Origin: Deltaproteobacteria bacterium | Lineage (GTDB): Bacteria; Desulfobacterota; DSM-4660; Desulfatiglandales; HGW-15 | Length of the DNA: 64,000 nucleotides | Assembly (NCBI GenBank): GCA_016930835.1 | Contig: JAFGGA010000047.1 | Span: 10,256 to 74,255, forward strand | Direction of reading: 5' to 3' | Shown here: positions 48,607-57,737 of the stretch, in pieces | Layout: every line of letters begins with the position of its first letter | Numbering within the stretch: the first letter of the stretch is position 1 | The notes under the pieces: generated by a model | What the model saw: the letters and a program-made list of their open reading frames with translations, nothing else | Databases searched by the model: none | Told to the model about the DNA's origin: nothing | Made by a program: the position numbers and the translations under genes

Positions 48607-49827
48607 CTAGGCTTTGGAGAAAATCATGCTCGCGCTTCCGCCACCGAAGGTACTCGTGGTCATCAATGTGGATCGGATATCTTGGGCGGGAGGGATATGC
48701 CATTCGAGAGCAGTATCCCCTTCACCCACTAATGTATCCAGGTTTACAACCGGTAGTGGCTCCTGGCGGTAGAGACTCAGCAGAATAGCCGCGGCCCGGA
48801 TGATGCCGGCCCCTCCGAAATCTCCCATCAAATACTTCAGGGGCGTAACCCGGATCTTGTTTTGTTTTTGTGTGAATACCTTTTTTACTTGATGATGTTC
48901 CATCCTGTCCAGTTCACCGGAAAGATTGGCGGATAAATCAATCTGGTCGATTTCGGTCGGGCCGATTCCAGACCGATCCAAGACCGTTACCATGGCTCTT
49001 CGCATCTGCTCGCCATCAATCTCATAGTGGCCGATAGACGCGCTTCCACCTGAAATGATCCCTGATCGAAGCAACCCGTAGATCTTCGCACCGCGTTCAA
49101 TGGCGAACGATTTTCGCTCCATGACCAGGATCCCGGCTCCCTCTCCCAGGACCAATCCGCCTCCACGTTTCGGGAGGATGGGTTGGCCCTCTCCGGATTG
49201 CAGGGTATTGAGTGAACCCACGTCGCTATAACATGAATGAAGCATCTCAGAGATCTCTTCGGCGCCTCCCACCAAAGCGACATCAACGATGTCATTGAGC
49301 AGCAAGGTTTTGGCATAAAGGATGGCGTTTTCCGCTGAAAGTTCATTCTGGCAAAAAGTGGTGTTGGGTCCTAAGATTCGGTGGAAGATCGCAATATGGC
49401 TGGCCGGTGCATTGGGCACGGTTTCCGGGAATAAAAGGGGTTGAGCCCCTCTTGGACCGTCTCTTAACAGGCTAATATAAAAATCCTCAACCCGGGAGCT
49501 GGCACCATAGGCGGTCCCCATAATGACGGCTACACGTTCACGATCTATTCCGTCCAGTATCAGTCCGCTGTCTTGGATGGCCTCGATGCCGGCAGCTACG
49601 GCCATCCTGGAGATTCGGCTCAATCGGCGATAGACATTGGGCTTCATGTATTGACCCGGTTGAAAGTCCTCCACCAGACCGGCGATATTGCATGGGAATG
49701 AATGCGTATCAAACGTTGTGATTCGTTTTAGCCCGCTCTTCGCGTTTCGACAGCTTTCCCAAAAGCTTTCCCGACCTGTTCCTAACGGGCTAATAATTCC
49801 CATACCTGTGATTGCGATATCGTTCAT
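48607..49827 (-). CDS. Chain-length-factor-like, catalytically inactive beta-ketoacyl synthase
   Basis: KAS fold (AITGMGIISPLG, LGEGAGILVME, TFGGG) but Cys/His/His appear as E (CQNELS), S (DLSAN) and D (MGDFG); ATG 49827. Confidence 0.85.
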   Translation of the reverse strand: MNDIAITGMGIISPLGTGRESFWESCRNAKSGLKRITTFDTHSFPCNIAGLVEDFQPGQYMKPNVYRRLSRISRMAVAAGIEAIQDSGLILDGIDRERVAVIMGTAYGASSRVEDFYISLLRDGPRGAQPLLFPETVPNAPASHIAIFHRILGPNTTFCQNELSAENAILYAKTLLLNDIVDVALVGGAEEISEMLHSCYSDVGSLNTLQSGEGQPILPKRGGGLVLGEGAGILVMERKSFAIERGAKIYGLLRSGIISGGSASIGHYEIDGEQMRRAMVTVLDRSGIGPTEIDQIDLSANLSGELDRMEHHQVKKVFTQKQNKIRVTPLKYLMGDFGGAGIIRAAAILLSLYRQEPLPVVNLDTLVGEGDTALEWHIPPAQDIRSTLMTTSTFGGGSASMIFSKA

Positions 49828-49845
49828 TAAACATCGTTTAAATTG

Positions 49846-49928
49846 AAAGTTCATGGTTCGAGGTTCATGGTCTTATGGAAACGTGTTATCCTTTGCACCG
49901 TGAACCGTATGCCTTATACCGTACACCT
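49846..49928. repeat. Opposed heptamer tandem arrays between KS and CLF
   Basis: aaagttc-atggttc-gaggttc-atggtct, spacer, then the reverse complement of acggtat-aaggcat-acggttc-acggtgc. Confidence 0.7.
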
Positions 49929-49974
49929 AATACATGACACATTCTGATTCCATATCGGCGATCCAAGTCATCCA

Positions 49975-51204
49975 CTAGTCCGCCTTGCCAAGCACCAATG
50001 TCGTATTGTTGCCCCCGAAGGCAAAAGAATTACTCAGGGCAACGGCCAGTTTCTGTCTCCGGTACTGATTCGGCACGTAATCCAGGTCGCATTCCGGGTC
50101 AAAGGTATCCAGATGGATCGTGGGCGGTACAAACTGTTCGTGAATCGCCAAAACCGTGGCAGCGGCCTCGATAGCGCCCGCCGCCCCAAGACAATGTCCC
50201 ACCATTGATTTGGTTGAGCTGATGGCCAGCAGCTTGGCTCCTGTTTCTCCAAAAACCTTTTTAATGGCCAGGGTCTCGGTCTTATCATTCACCGGTGTGG
50301 CGGTGCCGTGGGCGTTAATATAGTCTACTTCATTCACATCAAGCCTTGCGATGTCCAGAGCCTTTTTCATTACACGCGTCATGCCATCGGCGTTGGGGTC
50401 CGGCGAGGTCATATGAAAGGCATCGGCATTGACGGCATATCCAAGGACCTCCGCATAGATTTTTGCCTGCCGGCTTCGGGCGAGGCTGTAATTTTCCAGG
50501 ATAAGGATAGCCGCCCCTTCACCCAATGAAAGCCCGCCCCGGTTTTGATCAAAGGGACGGCAGTATTCCGGGTCCACCAGCCTCAGGGAATGAAATCCTG
50601 AAAAGGTCAGTTCTGAAAGGGCTTCGCTGCCTCCGGTCACAACCACATCCTGTTCGCCGGATCGGATCAGATCAAATCCATATCCAATGGATGTACCGCT
50701 GGAAGAGCATGCCGTTGAAATGGTCGCCCGGTATCCATAAAATCCGTATTGACTCGCGATTTGATCGGTCAGGGTGCAGGGGGCGGATGCCAGGACTTGT
50801 GAAGGTTTTCGTGCATGCCTGCCTGCCCATTGGGACCGGCGATATTTTTCCCAAGAAAGCATGCCGCCCGCACCGCCTCCCAGGATCACCCCGACCCGGT
50901 TCCTGTCAAGGGTATTTAATCTCAGCCCTGAATTTCTGAAGGCCTCTTTGGCCGCCGTAAGTCCCAGAAGATCGCAACGGGACATACGTTTGGTTCGCCC
51001 GGATTCAAAACCTTCTTTAAGATCCGTTTTTTTCACCTGAGCGGCAGTGTGGCAAGAAAAACCGGTGGTATCAAATACGGTGACCGGGCCGATCCCGCAG
51101 GCTCCCTGGATAAGCCCGTCCCTAAACGCCGTAACGGTTTCACCGATTGCGGTTATGACGCCTAGTCCTGTTACAACGACTCGAATTTTATGGCCTTTAT
51201 TCAT
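49975..51204 (-). CDS. Beta-ketoacyl-ACP synthase (FabF/KS-alpha-like), active
   Basis: STACSSS (Cys), INAHGTAT (His), KSMVGHCLGAAG (His), SNSFAFGGNN; ATG 51204 overlaps the GT2 stop (ATGA). Confidence 0.95.
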   Translation of the reverse strand: MNKGHKIRVVVTGLGVITAIGETVTAFRDGLIQGACGIGPVTVFDTTGFSCHTAAQVKKTDLKEGFESGRTKRMSRCDLLGLTAAKEAFRNSGLRLNTLDRNRVGVILGGGAGGMLSWEKYRRSQWAGRHARKPSQVLASAPCTLTDQIASQYGFYGYRATISTACSSSGTSIGYGFDLIRSGEQDVVVTGGSEALSELTFSGFHSLRLVDPEYCRPFDQNRGGLSLGEGAAILILENYSLARSRQAKIYAEVLGYAVNADAFHMTSPDPNADGMTRVMKKALDIARLDVNEVDYINAHGTATPVNDKTETLAIKKVFGETGAKLLAISSTKSMVGHCLGAAGAIEAAATVLAIHEQFVPPTIHLDTFDPECDLDYVPNQYRRQKLAVALSNSFAFGGNNTTLVLGKAD

Positions 51205-51896
51205 CGGTCCTTCCAAAACAGGTTCATCAAAAAAATGATGCTGATACGAAAGGTATCTTTAATGGGGCGATAGTATGACACATGTCTGGAGTCTGAGAAA
51301 TAAATCGCCTGAATGGGTACAAAACCGATCCGGTACCCTCTTTTCCCCGCCCTTAATAATATATCGGCCTCCGCCTCAAAACCCATATTTAAGATGCGTA
51401 TGGACTTGATAACCTGCCGATCGTAGAGTCTGAACCCGCATTGTGAATCTTCTATGGGTTGACCAATCAACCATGAGAACAGCGTTACCCCTACTTTATT
51501 GGGACCATAGCGGATACGGGGTATCGCATCTTTGGCCTGCATCCGGTTTCCGATAACGATTTTTGCTTGGTGCCGTATGTAGTAATCAACGAACCTGGGT
51601 ATTTCGTTCGGGTCATGTTGCAGATCGGCATCCAACGTGATAATGGCATCCAAATTATTATTGAGAGCATATTGGAATGCGACACGAAGCGTATTCCCTT
51701 TCCCTTTATTGCTGGATATGCTGATGACCTCGGCCCCGGCATTTTTGGCGATTATGGCGGTTTGATCCGTTGAACCATCATCCACCACAATCACGTGGGA
51801 GATATACCGCTTGGCCTTTTCAACCACCGTTGACACGGTTGATTCATTATTAAAGGCCGGTATCACAACATATATTTTTTTGTCGGAGGGAAGCAT
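51201..51896 (-). CDS. Glycosyltransferase family 2
   Basis: VVIPAFNN, VVDDGSTD, NKGKG, LDADLQHDP, DSQCGFRLY, EAEADIL. Confidence 0.93.
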   Translation of the reverse strand: MLPSDKKIYVVIPAFNNESTVSTVVEKAKRYISHVIVVDDGSTDQTAIIAKNAGAEVISISSNKGKGNTLRVAFQYALNNNLDAIITLDADLQHDPNEIPRFVDYYIRHQAKIVIGNRMQAKDAIPRIRYGPNKVGVTLFSWLIGQPIEDSQCGFRLYDRQVIKSIRILNMGFEAEADILLRAGKRGYRIGFVPIQAIYFSDSRHVSYYRPIKDTFRISIIFLMNLFWKDR

Positions 51897-51963
51897 GAAA
51901 GATTCAGGTTTAAGGAAATATAAAAGTCCGATGTTTTAGGTTCGGGGTATCTATACGGGCCTC

Positions 51964-52389
51964 TCATTCCTCCCCGCAAAAGGCGACCAACCTTGTAATC
52001 CGTTTTTCCAACTCCCCTTGAATCCGATAGATCATTTTTTTTTCGGTTGTTATCAAGACCTGTGTGGATTCCCCATGGGCCAAAAGGGTCCGGTCTGCTT
52101 TACGGATGACCTCGAATCTGAAGATGAGGGCAGCGATTTCGGGTTTGACGGCCGTGGTTCGGATAACGATCTCATCACCGCTTTCCGCGGGATGCTTGTA
52201 TTCGCATTGGATCCGGATGATGGGGGCGATATAGCCCAATGCGACCAACTGTTTGGGCAGTAGATCAAAACGACGTAACAAGGCCATCCTGCCGGCCTCA
52301 AACCACGCTATATAGTGCCCATGCCAGGCCATGCCCCATTCGTCCACTTCATTAAACCGGACGGTTTCTTCTTTTTCTACCCAATGCAT
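51964..52389 (-). CDS. Acyl-CoA/ACP thioesterase (4HBT hot-dog fold, ApeK-like)
   Basis: VRFNEVDEWGMAWHGHYIAWFEAGR, CEYKHPA. Confidence 0.9.
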   Translation of the reverse strand: MHWVEKEETVRFNEVDEWGMAWHGHYIAWFEAGRMALLRRFDLLPKQLVALGYIAPIIRIQCEYKHPAESGDEIVIRTTAVKPEIAALIFRFEVIRKADRTLLAHGESTQVLITTEKKMIYRIQGELEKRITRLVAFCGEE

Positions 52390-52394
52390 GTATA

Positions 52395-52673
52395 TTAATC
52401 ACTATATTCTTCCTGCACAAACCGTGCAAGGGCGTTAATGGAGGCAAATGCGCGTTTTCCCACATCCTCATCTTCGATAATGATCCGGAATATCTTTTCT
52501 ATCGCCACCACCAGTTCCAGGGCATCGATGGAGTCCAGGCCCAATCCGTCCCGAAACAGTGGCGCATCATTGTCAATTTCCTCCGGTGTGATCTCCTCCA
52601 GGTTGAGGGTCTCGATGATCATCTTTTTAAGATACCCTTGCAATGCTTCCAGATCTTCAACTATGTCCTTCAA
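52395..52673 (-). CDS. Acyl carrier protein (aryl-polyene-type)
   Basis: APLFRDGLGLDSIDALEL (phosphopantetheine Ser). Confidence 0.95.
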   Translation of the reverse strand: MKDIVEDLEALQGYLKKMIIETLNLEEITPEEIDNDAPLFRDGLGLDSIDALELVVAIEKIFRIIIEDEDVGKRAFASINALARFVQEEYSD

Positions 52674-52848
52674 AATTCACCTCGTGCATGTTTATTTTTT
52701 CGGGTCAAACGTATTATTATATCGTTTGGAAAACAACCAGTATTGACCTGAAGGTCATCCATTTAGGCCTCCAGCGCCCAGTTTCCAAGTCGGTATTGAA
52801 AGGGTTTCAAAGGACTGAAGGCCGACCGCTGATCGCCGATAGCTAGTG

Positions 52849-53589
52849 TCAAACCAAACCCCCGTCTACAGCCAGTACCTGCCCCGTTATATAGGCAGCC
52901 CTATCGGAGGCCAGAAAGAGGACTGCGTGGGCTATGTCTTCCGGGTTACCGAATCGCCCCATGGGTATCATATTTAAGAAATCCTTTTTGGTCTCAGGCG
53001 CCAGGGTCTCCGTCATGGGGGTGTTGATCACGCCCGGGCAGACGGCATTTACGGTAATGCCCAATCGGGCGGTCTCTTTGGACAAGGATTTGGTAAACGA
53101 GATGATGCCTCCCTTTGATGCCGAATAATTTGTCTGACCGGCCCTCCCGGTCACGGCACTGGGTGATGCCATATTGATGATGCGACCATAGCGTCGACCG
53201 ATCATGGACTTGATCACGGCCTTGGAACAAAGGTATCCTCCCTTTAGATTTGTATCCAGGACCTTGTCCCAATCCGTCTCATCCATAAATATGAGCATCT
53301 TATCTTTGATAATGCCTGCATTATTGACCAGGATATCCACAAATCCCCATTGTTCCAGGACATGAGAAACCATACCCTCCACCTGTGCCCGATCCGTAAT
53401 ATCCGCCTTAAATATCATGTGCTTGTCGGTCAAGGCCTTTATTTGATGTTTAGTTGCCGAGGCCGCCTCTTCGTCCGTATGGTAATTGATACATACCCAG
53501 GCGCCTTCTCGAGCGAATGCAAAAGCTATGGCCTTGCCAAGTCCCCTGGTAGCACCGGTGATGAGTATTCTTTTTTCCGAGAATTCCAT
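52849..53589 (-). CDS. fabG: 3-oxoacyl-ACP reductase (FabG-like SDR)
   Basis: TGATRGLG, VNNAGI, GQTNYSASKGG (YxxxK), NAVCPG, YITGQVLAVDGG. Confidence 0.92.
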   Translation of the reverse strand: MEFSEKRILITGATRGLGKAIAFAFAREGAWVCINYHTDEEAASATKHQIKALTDKHMIFKADITDRAQVEGMVSHVLEQWGFVDILVNNAGIIKDKMLIFMDETDWDKVLDTNLKGGYLCSKAVIKSMIGRRYGRIINMASPSAVTGRAGQTNYSASKGGIISFTKSLSKETARLGITVNAVCPGVINTPMTETLAPETKKDFLNMIPMGRFGNPEDIAHAVLFLASDRAAYITGQVLAVDGGLV

Positions 53590-53739
53590 AAGGTCGTTCT
53601 TTGCTTGGTCTTTATTATATTAAAGCATTATCGAATGTGTTTCCTCTAGAGATAAAAAGCTGGTATTTTAAAAAAAAACTGTTTATCAAAGGATAGCTGA
53701 ATCTGCAAGATTAAATTGGATTGTCGGTTAAATCAGGAT

Positions 53740-54918
53740 ATGAACAACAGGGTATTCATTACAGATGGCCATTGGCGAAAAACATTGGCGGCTGTTCGCG
53801 GTCTGGGACAGGAAGGTGTCCGGGTCACGGTGGGTGAGACCACCCGGCTGGCAACGGCGATATTTAGCAGATATTGCCGTGAATCGGTGGCCTATCCATC
53901 TCCGGTTCATCATCCTTCGGATTTTTTAGACCATCTTCGCAAGGCACTCACCAAAAAGCCCTATCAGATGCTCCTGCCGATGGAGGATGAAACCGTCAGC
54001 CTTTTATCGCGACATTTGAATGAATTTTCACGTCTAACCTATCTCCCCATTGTGCCTTTTGAGAAATGGAATATCGCCCATCGCAAAGACCATATCCTTA
54101 GACTGGCTGAAAGGCTCGGTATCCCCATACCCAAGACATGGTATGTTCAAGATCTCGGTCAAATCAACATGTTGAAGGATAGGATCCCCTATCCAGCGGT
54201 CATCAAGCCTGTTACGGGGTCTGGTGCCGTGGGAATCCGGTATCCAAAGAATCCCGTTGAATTTATAAGAGATTATCAATCCGTTCATATGCGGTTCCCT
54301 TTTCCTCTGGTCCAGGAACGCATCCCTTCCAAAGGGACAGGGTATGGGGCCTCTTTTCTATTTAACGAGGCCGGAGAGGTCAAGGCCTCTTTTATGCACA
54401 AAAGGCTGAGGGAGTATCCGCCGACGGGAGGTGCCAGCACCTTGAGAGAAAGCGTCAGGCGAGATGATATCCGGGATATGGGACGAGCCCTCTTAAAGGC
54501 CCTGGATTGGTATGGTGTGGCCATGGTGGAATTTAAACTCGATCCACGGGACAATATCCCGAAGCTCATGGAGGTCAATCCTCGATTTTGGGGGTCGTTG
54601 TCCCTGGCCATTTCGGCAGGTGTTAACTTCCCTTATCTGTTATACCGCATGTCAAAGGGTAATGATTTTCAACCTGTTGAGCAATATTCATTGGGAAAGC
54701 GGTGCCGGTGGTTGTTACCGGGGGATATTCTTCATTATATTCATAACCCGCACAGGAAGAATCTCTCGCCATCTTTTTTTCGATTCTGGGATCGTGATAC
54801 AACCTATGATATCCTTTCATTATATGATCCACTTCCTGTCCTGGGGAGGATCATGACACCTTTAACATTTTTTTATGACCACGATATGAAGAAACGTTTA
54901 ATAAAGCGGAAGAAATGA
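53740..54918 (+). CDS. ATP-grasp carboxylate-amine ligase-like protein
   Basis: IPIPKT, YPAVIKP..GSG, LVQERIP, GVAMVEFKLD, LMEVNPRFWGS; ATG 53740 after AGGA. Confidence 0.88.
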   Translation: MNNRVFITDGHWRKTLAAVRGLGQEGVRVTVGETTRLATAIFSRYCRESVAYPSPVHHPSDFLDHLRKALTKKPYQMLLPMEDETVSLLSRHLNEFSRLTYLPIVPFEKWNIAHRKDHILRLAERLGIPIPKTWYVQDLGQINMLKDRIPYPAVIKPVTGSGAVGIRYPKNPVEFIRDYQSVHMRFPFPLVQERIPSKGTGYGASFLFNEAGEVKASFMHKRLREYPPTGGASTLRESVRRDDIRDMGRALLKALDWYGVAMVEFKLDPRDNIPKLMEVNPRFWGSLSLAISAGVNFPYLLYRMSKGNDFQPVEQYSLGKRCRWLLPGDILHYIHNPHRKNLSPSFFRFWDRDTTYDILSLYDPLPVLGRIMTPLTFFYDHDMKKRLIKRKK

Positions 54919-55745
54919 CGATGAATAATCTTTTGACCGTAGATGTGGAAGACTGGTTTCATATTTGCGGTGTTTCAGAATATATAACCAAGGAAAGCTG
55001 GCCTGAGCTGGAGAGCCGTGTTTTTCAAAACACATTGAAGATATTAGAAATTTTTGAATCACATGATGTAACGGCCACCTTTTTTGTACTCGGTTATGTG
55101 GCTGAAAAACATCCTGAATTGGTGAGACAGATTCGCGCAAGAGGCCATGAAGTGGCCACTCATGGCTATGGCCATAACCGGGTGTATACCTTAACCCGGC
55201 ACGCATTTGTTCAAGACATCCGTAAGGCCGTGAAAATCATCTTCGGGATAACCCAACAGGATAAAATAGGGTATCGAGCCCCTGAATGGTCCATCCGGGA
55301 CGATTCGCTCTGGGCATTGGAGGTCCTGAAACAGGAGGATCTGGCGTATGATTCAAGTATGGCGCCACTTCCCGTTATCGGGAATCCCCATTATCCCAGG
55401 ATACCTTATGAACGGACCTTGGCAAACGGCATATTATGGGAATTTCCCCCGCTGGTGAAGCGGACGCCTTTGGTGAATCTACCCATAGGTGGTGGGTGGG
55501 GGCTTCGGGTCTTTCCCTATGGCATGATTCGGTCTGAAATCAGCAAACTTAATCAGCGCGGCCACCCCGCCTTGATCTATCTGCATCCCAGAGAATTCGA
55601 CCGGGATTGCCCTCAAATTCCTTTACCCTGGATCAAGCGATTTGTCCTCAACGCACGGGTGGAATCGACCCAAAAGAGGCTCGCCCGATTATTGAATGAT
55701 TTTCGTTTTACATCCATAGGTGCCTATTTGGATTCGATTTCATAG
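54915..55745 (+). CDS. Polysaccharide deacetylase (NodB/DUF3473, PEP-CTERM-associated type)
   Basis: LTVDVEDWFH, ATFFVLG, GHEVATHGYGH, GYRAPEWS, YDSS, GGGWGLR, YLHPREFD. Confidence 0.9.
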   Translation: MTMNNLLTVDVEDWFHICGVSEYITKESWPELESRVFQNTLKILEIFESHDVTATFFVLGYVAEKHPELVRQIRARGHEVATHGYGHNRVYTLTRHAFVQDIRKAVKIIFGITQQDKIGYRAPEWSIRDDSLWALEVLKQEDLAYDSSMAPLPVIGNPHYPRIPYERTLANGILWEFPPLVKRTPLVNLPIGGGWGLRVFPYGMIRSEISKLNQRGHPALIYLHPREFDRDCPQIPLPWIKRFVLNARVESTQKRLARLLNDFRFTSIGAYLDSIS

Positions 55746-55771
55746 TATCCATTTGGGATAATTCAATATAT

Positions 55772-56317
55772 TTGCAATTCGGCAGAGATTATGTAATATC
55801 AAAGATCTTGAGCATGGTAGAGATTATCACATTCCTGAAGAGCAACCTGGCTGACCATTTTGTTATACTATTTATTCCTCTTTATATATTGGGGGGGCGA
55901 CCGGTAGCTATTCTTAGTGCCCAATTTTTGGGTTATAAAGTGTCCTTTTTACTGCCTACAGTGGTTTTATTGGATACGCTTCAGATTCCCATGTTCTATT
56001 ATTTATATGAATCTGTATCAAAACGAGCCTTTTTTAAAAGATTGTCTGACCGCTCCCAGAAAAAGGAGAAAAACCTGCGAAAGACCAAACTTTTTCATTG
56101 GATGCAGGTGATCGGTATGCCGGGTGTTGTGGCCATCACCATGGTGCCCATGAAAGGATGCGGGATGTGGAGCGGCGTGCTTTTATCAAAATTATTGGGT
56201 CTGTCTAAACAGACAAGTTATCCTCTTCTGATTATCGGAAGCATATTAGGATGCGCATTTCTTCTCGGTATTGGTGAGGCTGTTTTGAGATTGATCACCA
56301 TTGTTGCGAACACGTGA
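55772..56317 (+). CDS. Small multi-drug-export-like membrane protein (start uncertain)
   Basis: GGRPVAI, GVVAITMVPMKGCGMWSG; several TM helices. Confidence 0.65.
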   Translation: MQFGRDYVISKILSMVEIITFLKSNLADHFVILFIPLYILGGRPVAILSAQFLGYKVSFLLPTVVLLDTLQIPMFYYLYESVSKRAFFKRLSDRSQKKEKNLRKTKLFHWMQVIGMPGVVAITMVPMKGCGMWSGVLLSKLLGLSKQTSYPLLIIGSILGCAFLLGIGEAVLRLITIVANT

Positions 56318-57722
56318 TGGCATATCCCAAACCATGGAGTTCAAGAGGATGATATCAAAAATCAAACAAAACGTCCTGGTATATACCCTAAATCTATTAT
56401 TTTCTTTTTTGGCCTGGATAAAGAGTGAAAGGGTTTTTCGATGGGTCTATTCTTGGATCGCCTTCTTGGCTGAAAGACTAGCCAAGAAAGACTATTATAT
56501 TGAACGGATCAGATGGATCAAAGGGCTGTTTGACAGCCATCATCCGAGCATGGAGGCCGTTAAAAAAATCCTGCGCGGCACCAATCCTCACCATCGAAAG
56601 ACCATTATCAAGGCCTTTATTATTAATCAGCTTCTCGTGGGTACCAATAAGAGGAAGCAGTTTGAGGACCGGAAAGACGGATTTTATCCGCCCGGTTTTT
56701 TTGTGATCAGCCCCAGCATGAAGTGTAATCTGCGCTGTTACGGATGTTATGCGGGCAGTTACAATCATGACGCCGAATTGACCTTTGAGGAGATAGACAG
56801 CGTGCTGAATCAGGCCAAAGAGATGGGGATTCATTTTTGCGTGGTATCCGGGGGAGAGCCCCTATATCATCCGAGGATCTTTGATATTTTTGAAAAACAC
56901 AATGATGTGATCTTCCACATGTACACCAACGGGTCTTTGATCAATGAGAAGACCGGTCAGCGACTGGCCGAGGTCGGTAATGTGATACCGGCCATCAGTA
57001 TTGAAGGATATGAAAAGGAGACAGACGAGCGGAGGGGTCCGGGACATTTCAGGCGCGTCATGAAGGCCATGGATCTCTTAAAAGAGGCCAAGGTCCTTTT
57101 CGGTTTTTCAGCCACGTTGACCCGACATAATTGCGATCTTTTAAACAGCGATGAATTCATTGATTTTATGCTTGAAAAAGGATGCATTCTGGGTTGGTTT
57201 TTCATGTATGTTCCCATTGGCCGGGAGCCCAACCTGGAGCTGATGATGACGCCTGAGCAAAGAGGTCGTCAATTTGAGAGACTGACTCAATTGAGGGCCA
57301 CCAAATCCATCCTGTTGGCGGATTTCTGGAATGACGGCCCGGTGGTGGGGGGATGCATATCCGGGGGGCGAAAATATTTTCATGTCAATGCCAACGGAGA
57401 TATTGAGCCATGTGTGTTTTGCCACTTCGCGACACATAATATCCGGACCTCATCCTTGCAGGATGCGCTAAGGGCGCCACTTCTCAGTTCCATTCGATGT
57501 CAATTGCCCTCATATGAAAATCTTTTGCGACCTTGCATCATCATTGATAAACCGGAGATCAGCAGAACGGTGATCACTGAGAACAATGCCTATTTCACCC
57601 ATGAAGGGGCCGAGATCATATATGAGCAATTGACCCATGAAATGGATGAATATTCCAAGAATTACGGCATGATCGCGGACAAACTCTGGAGCAAGTATTT
57701 TCAGAAAGAAAAATCGGCTTAA
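56301..57722 (+). CDS. Radical SAM enzyme with SPASM/Twitch-type C-terminus (start probably 56334 or 56349)
   Basis: CNLRCYGC, SGGEPL, YTNG, ISIEG, GCISGGRKYFHVNANGDIEPCVF..RPC. Confidence 0.9.
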   Translation: MLRTRDGISQTMEFKRMISKIKQNVLVYTLNLLFSFLAWIKSERVFRWVYSWIAFLAERLAKKDYYIERIRWIKGLFDSHHPSMEAVKKILRGTNPHHRKTIIKAFIINQLLVGTNKRKQFEDRKDGFYPPGFFVISPSMKCNLRCYGCYAGSYNHDAELTFEEIDSVLNQAKEMGIHFCVVSGGEPLYHPRIFDIFEKHNDVIFHMYTNGSLINEKTGQRLAEVGNVIPAISIEGYEKETDERRGPGHFRRVMKAMDLLKEAKVLFGFSATLTRHNCDLLNSDEFIDFMLEKGCILGWFFMYVPIGREPNLELMMTPEQRGRQFERLTQLRATKSILLADFWNDGPVVGGCISGGRKYFHVNANGDIEPCVFCHFATHNIRTSSLQDALRAPLLSSIRCQLPSYENLLRPCIIIDKPEISRTVITENNAYFTHEGAEIIYEQLTHEMDEYSKNYGMIADKLWSKYFQKEKSA

Positions 57723-57737
57723 CGGAAACCATTCAAG

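Noticed and set aside
49828-49854. Upstream starts for CLF (49854) and the LpxL-like gene (62934)
   Set aside because: These starts fall in or next to heptamer arrays; downstream ATGs give family-typical N-termini.
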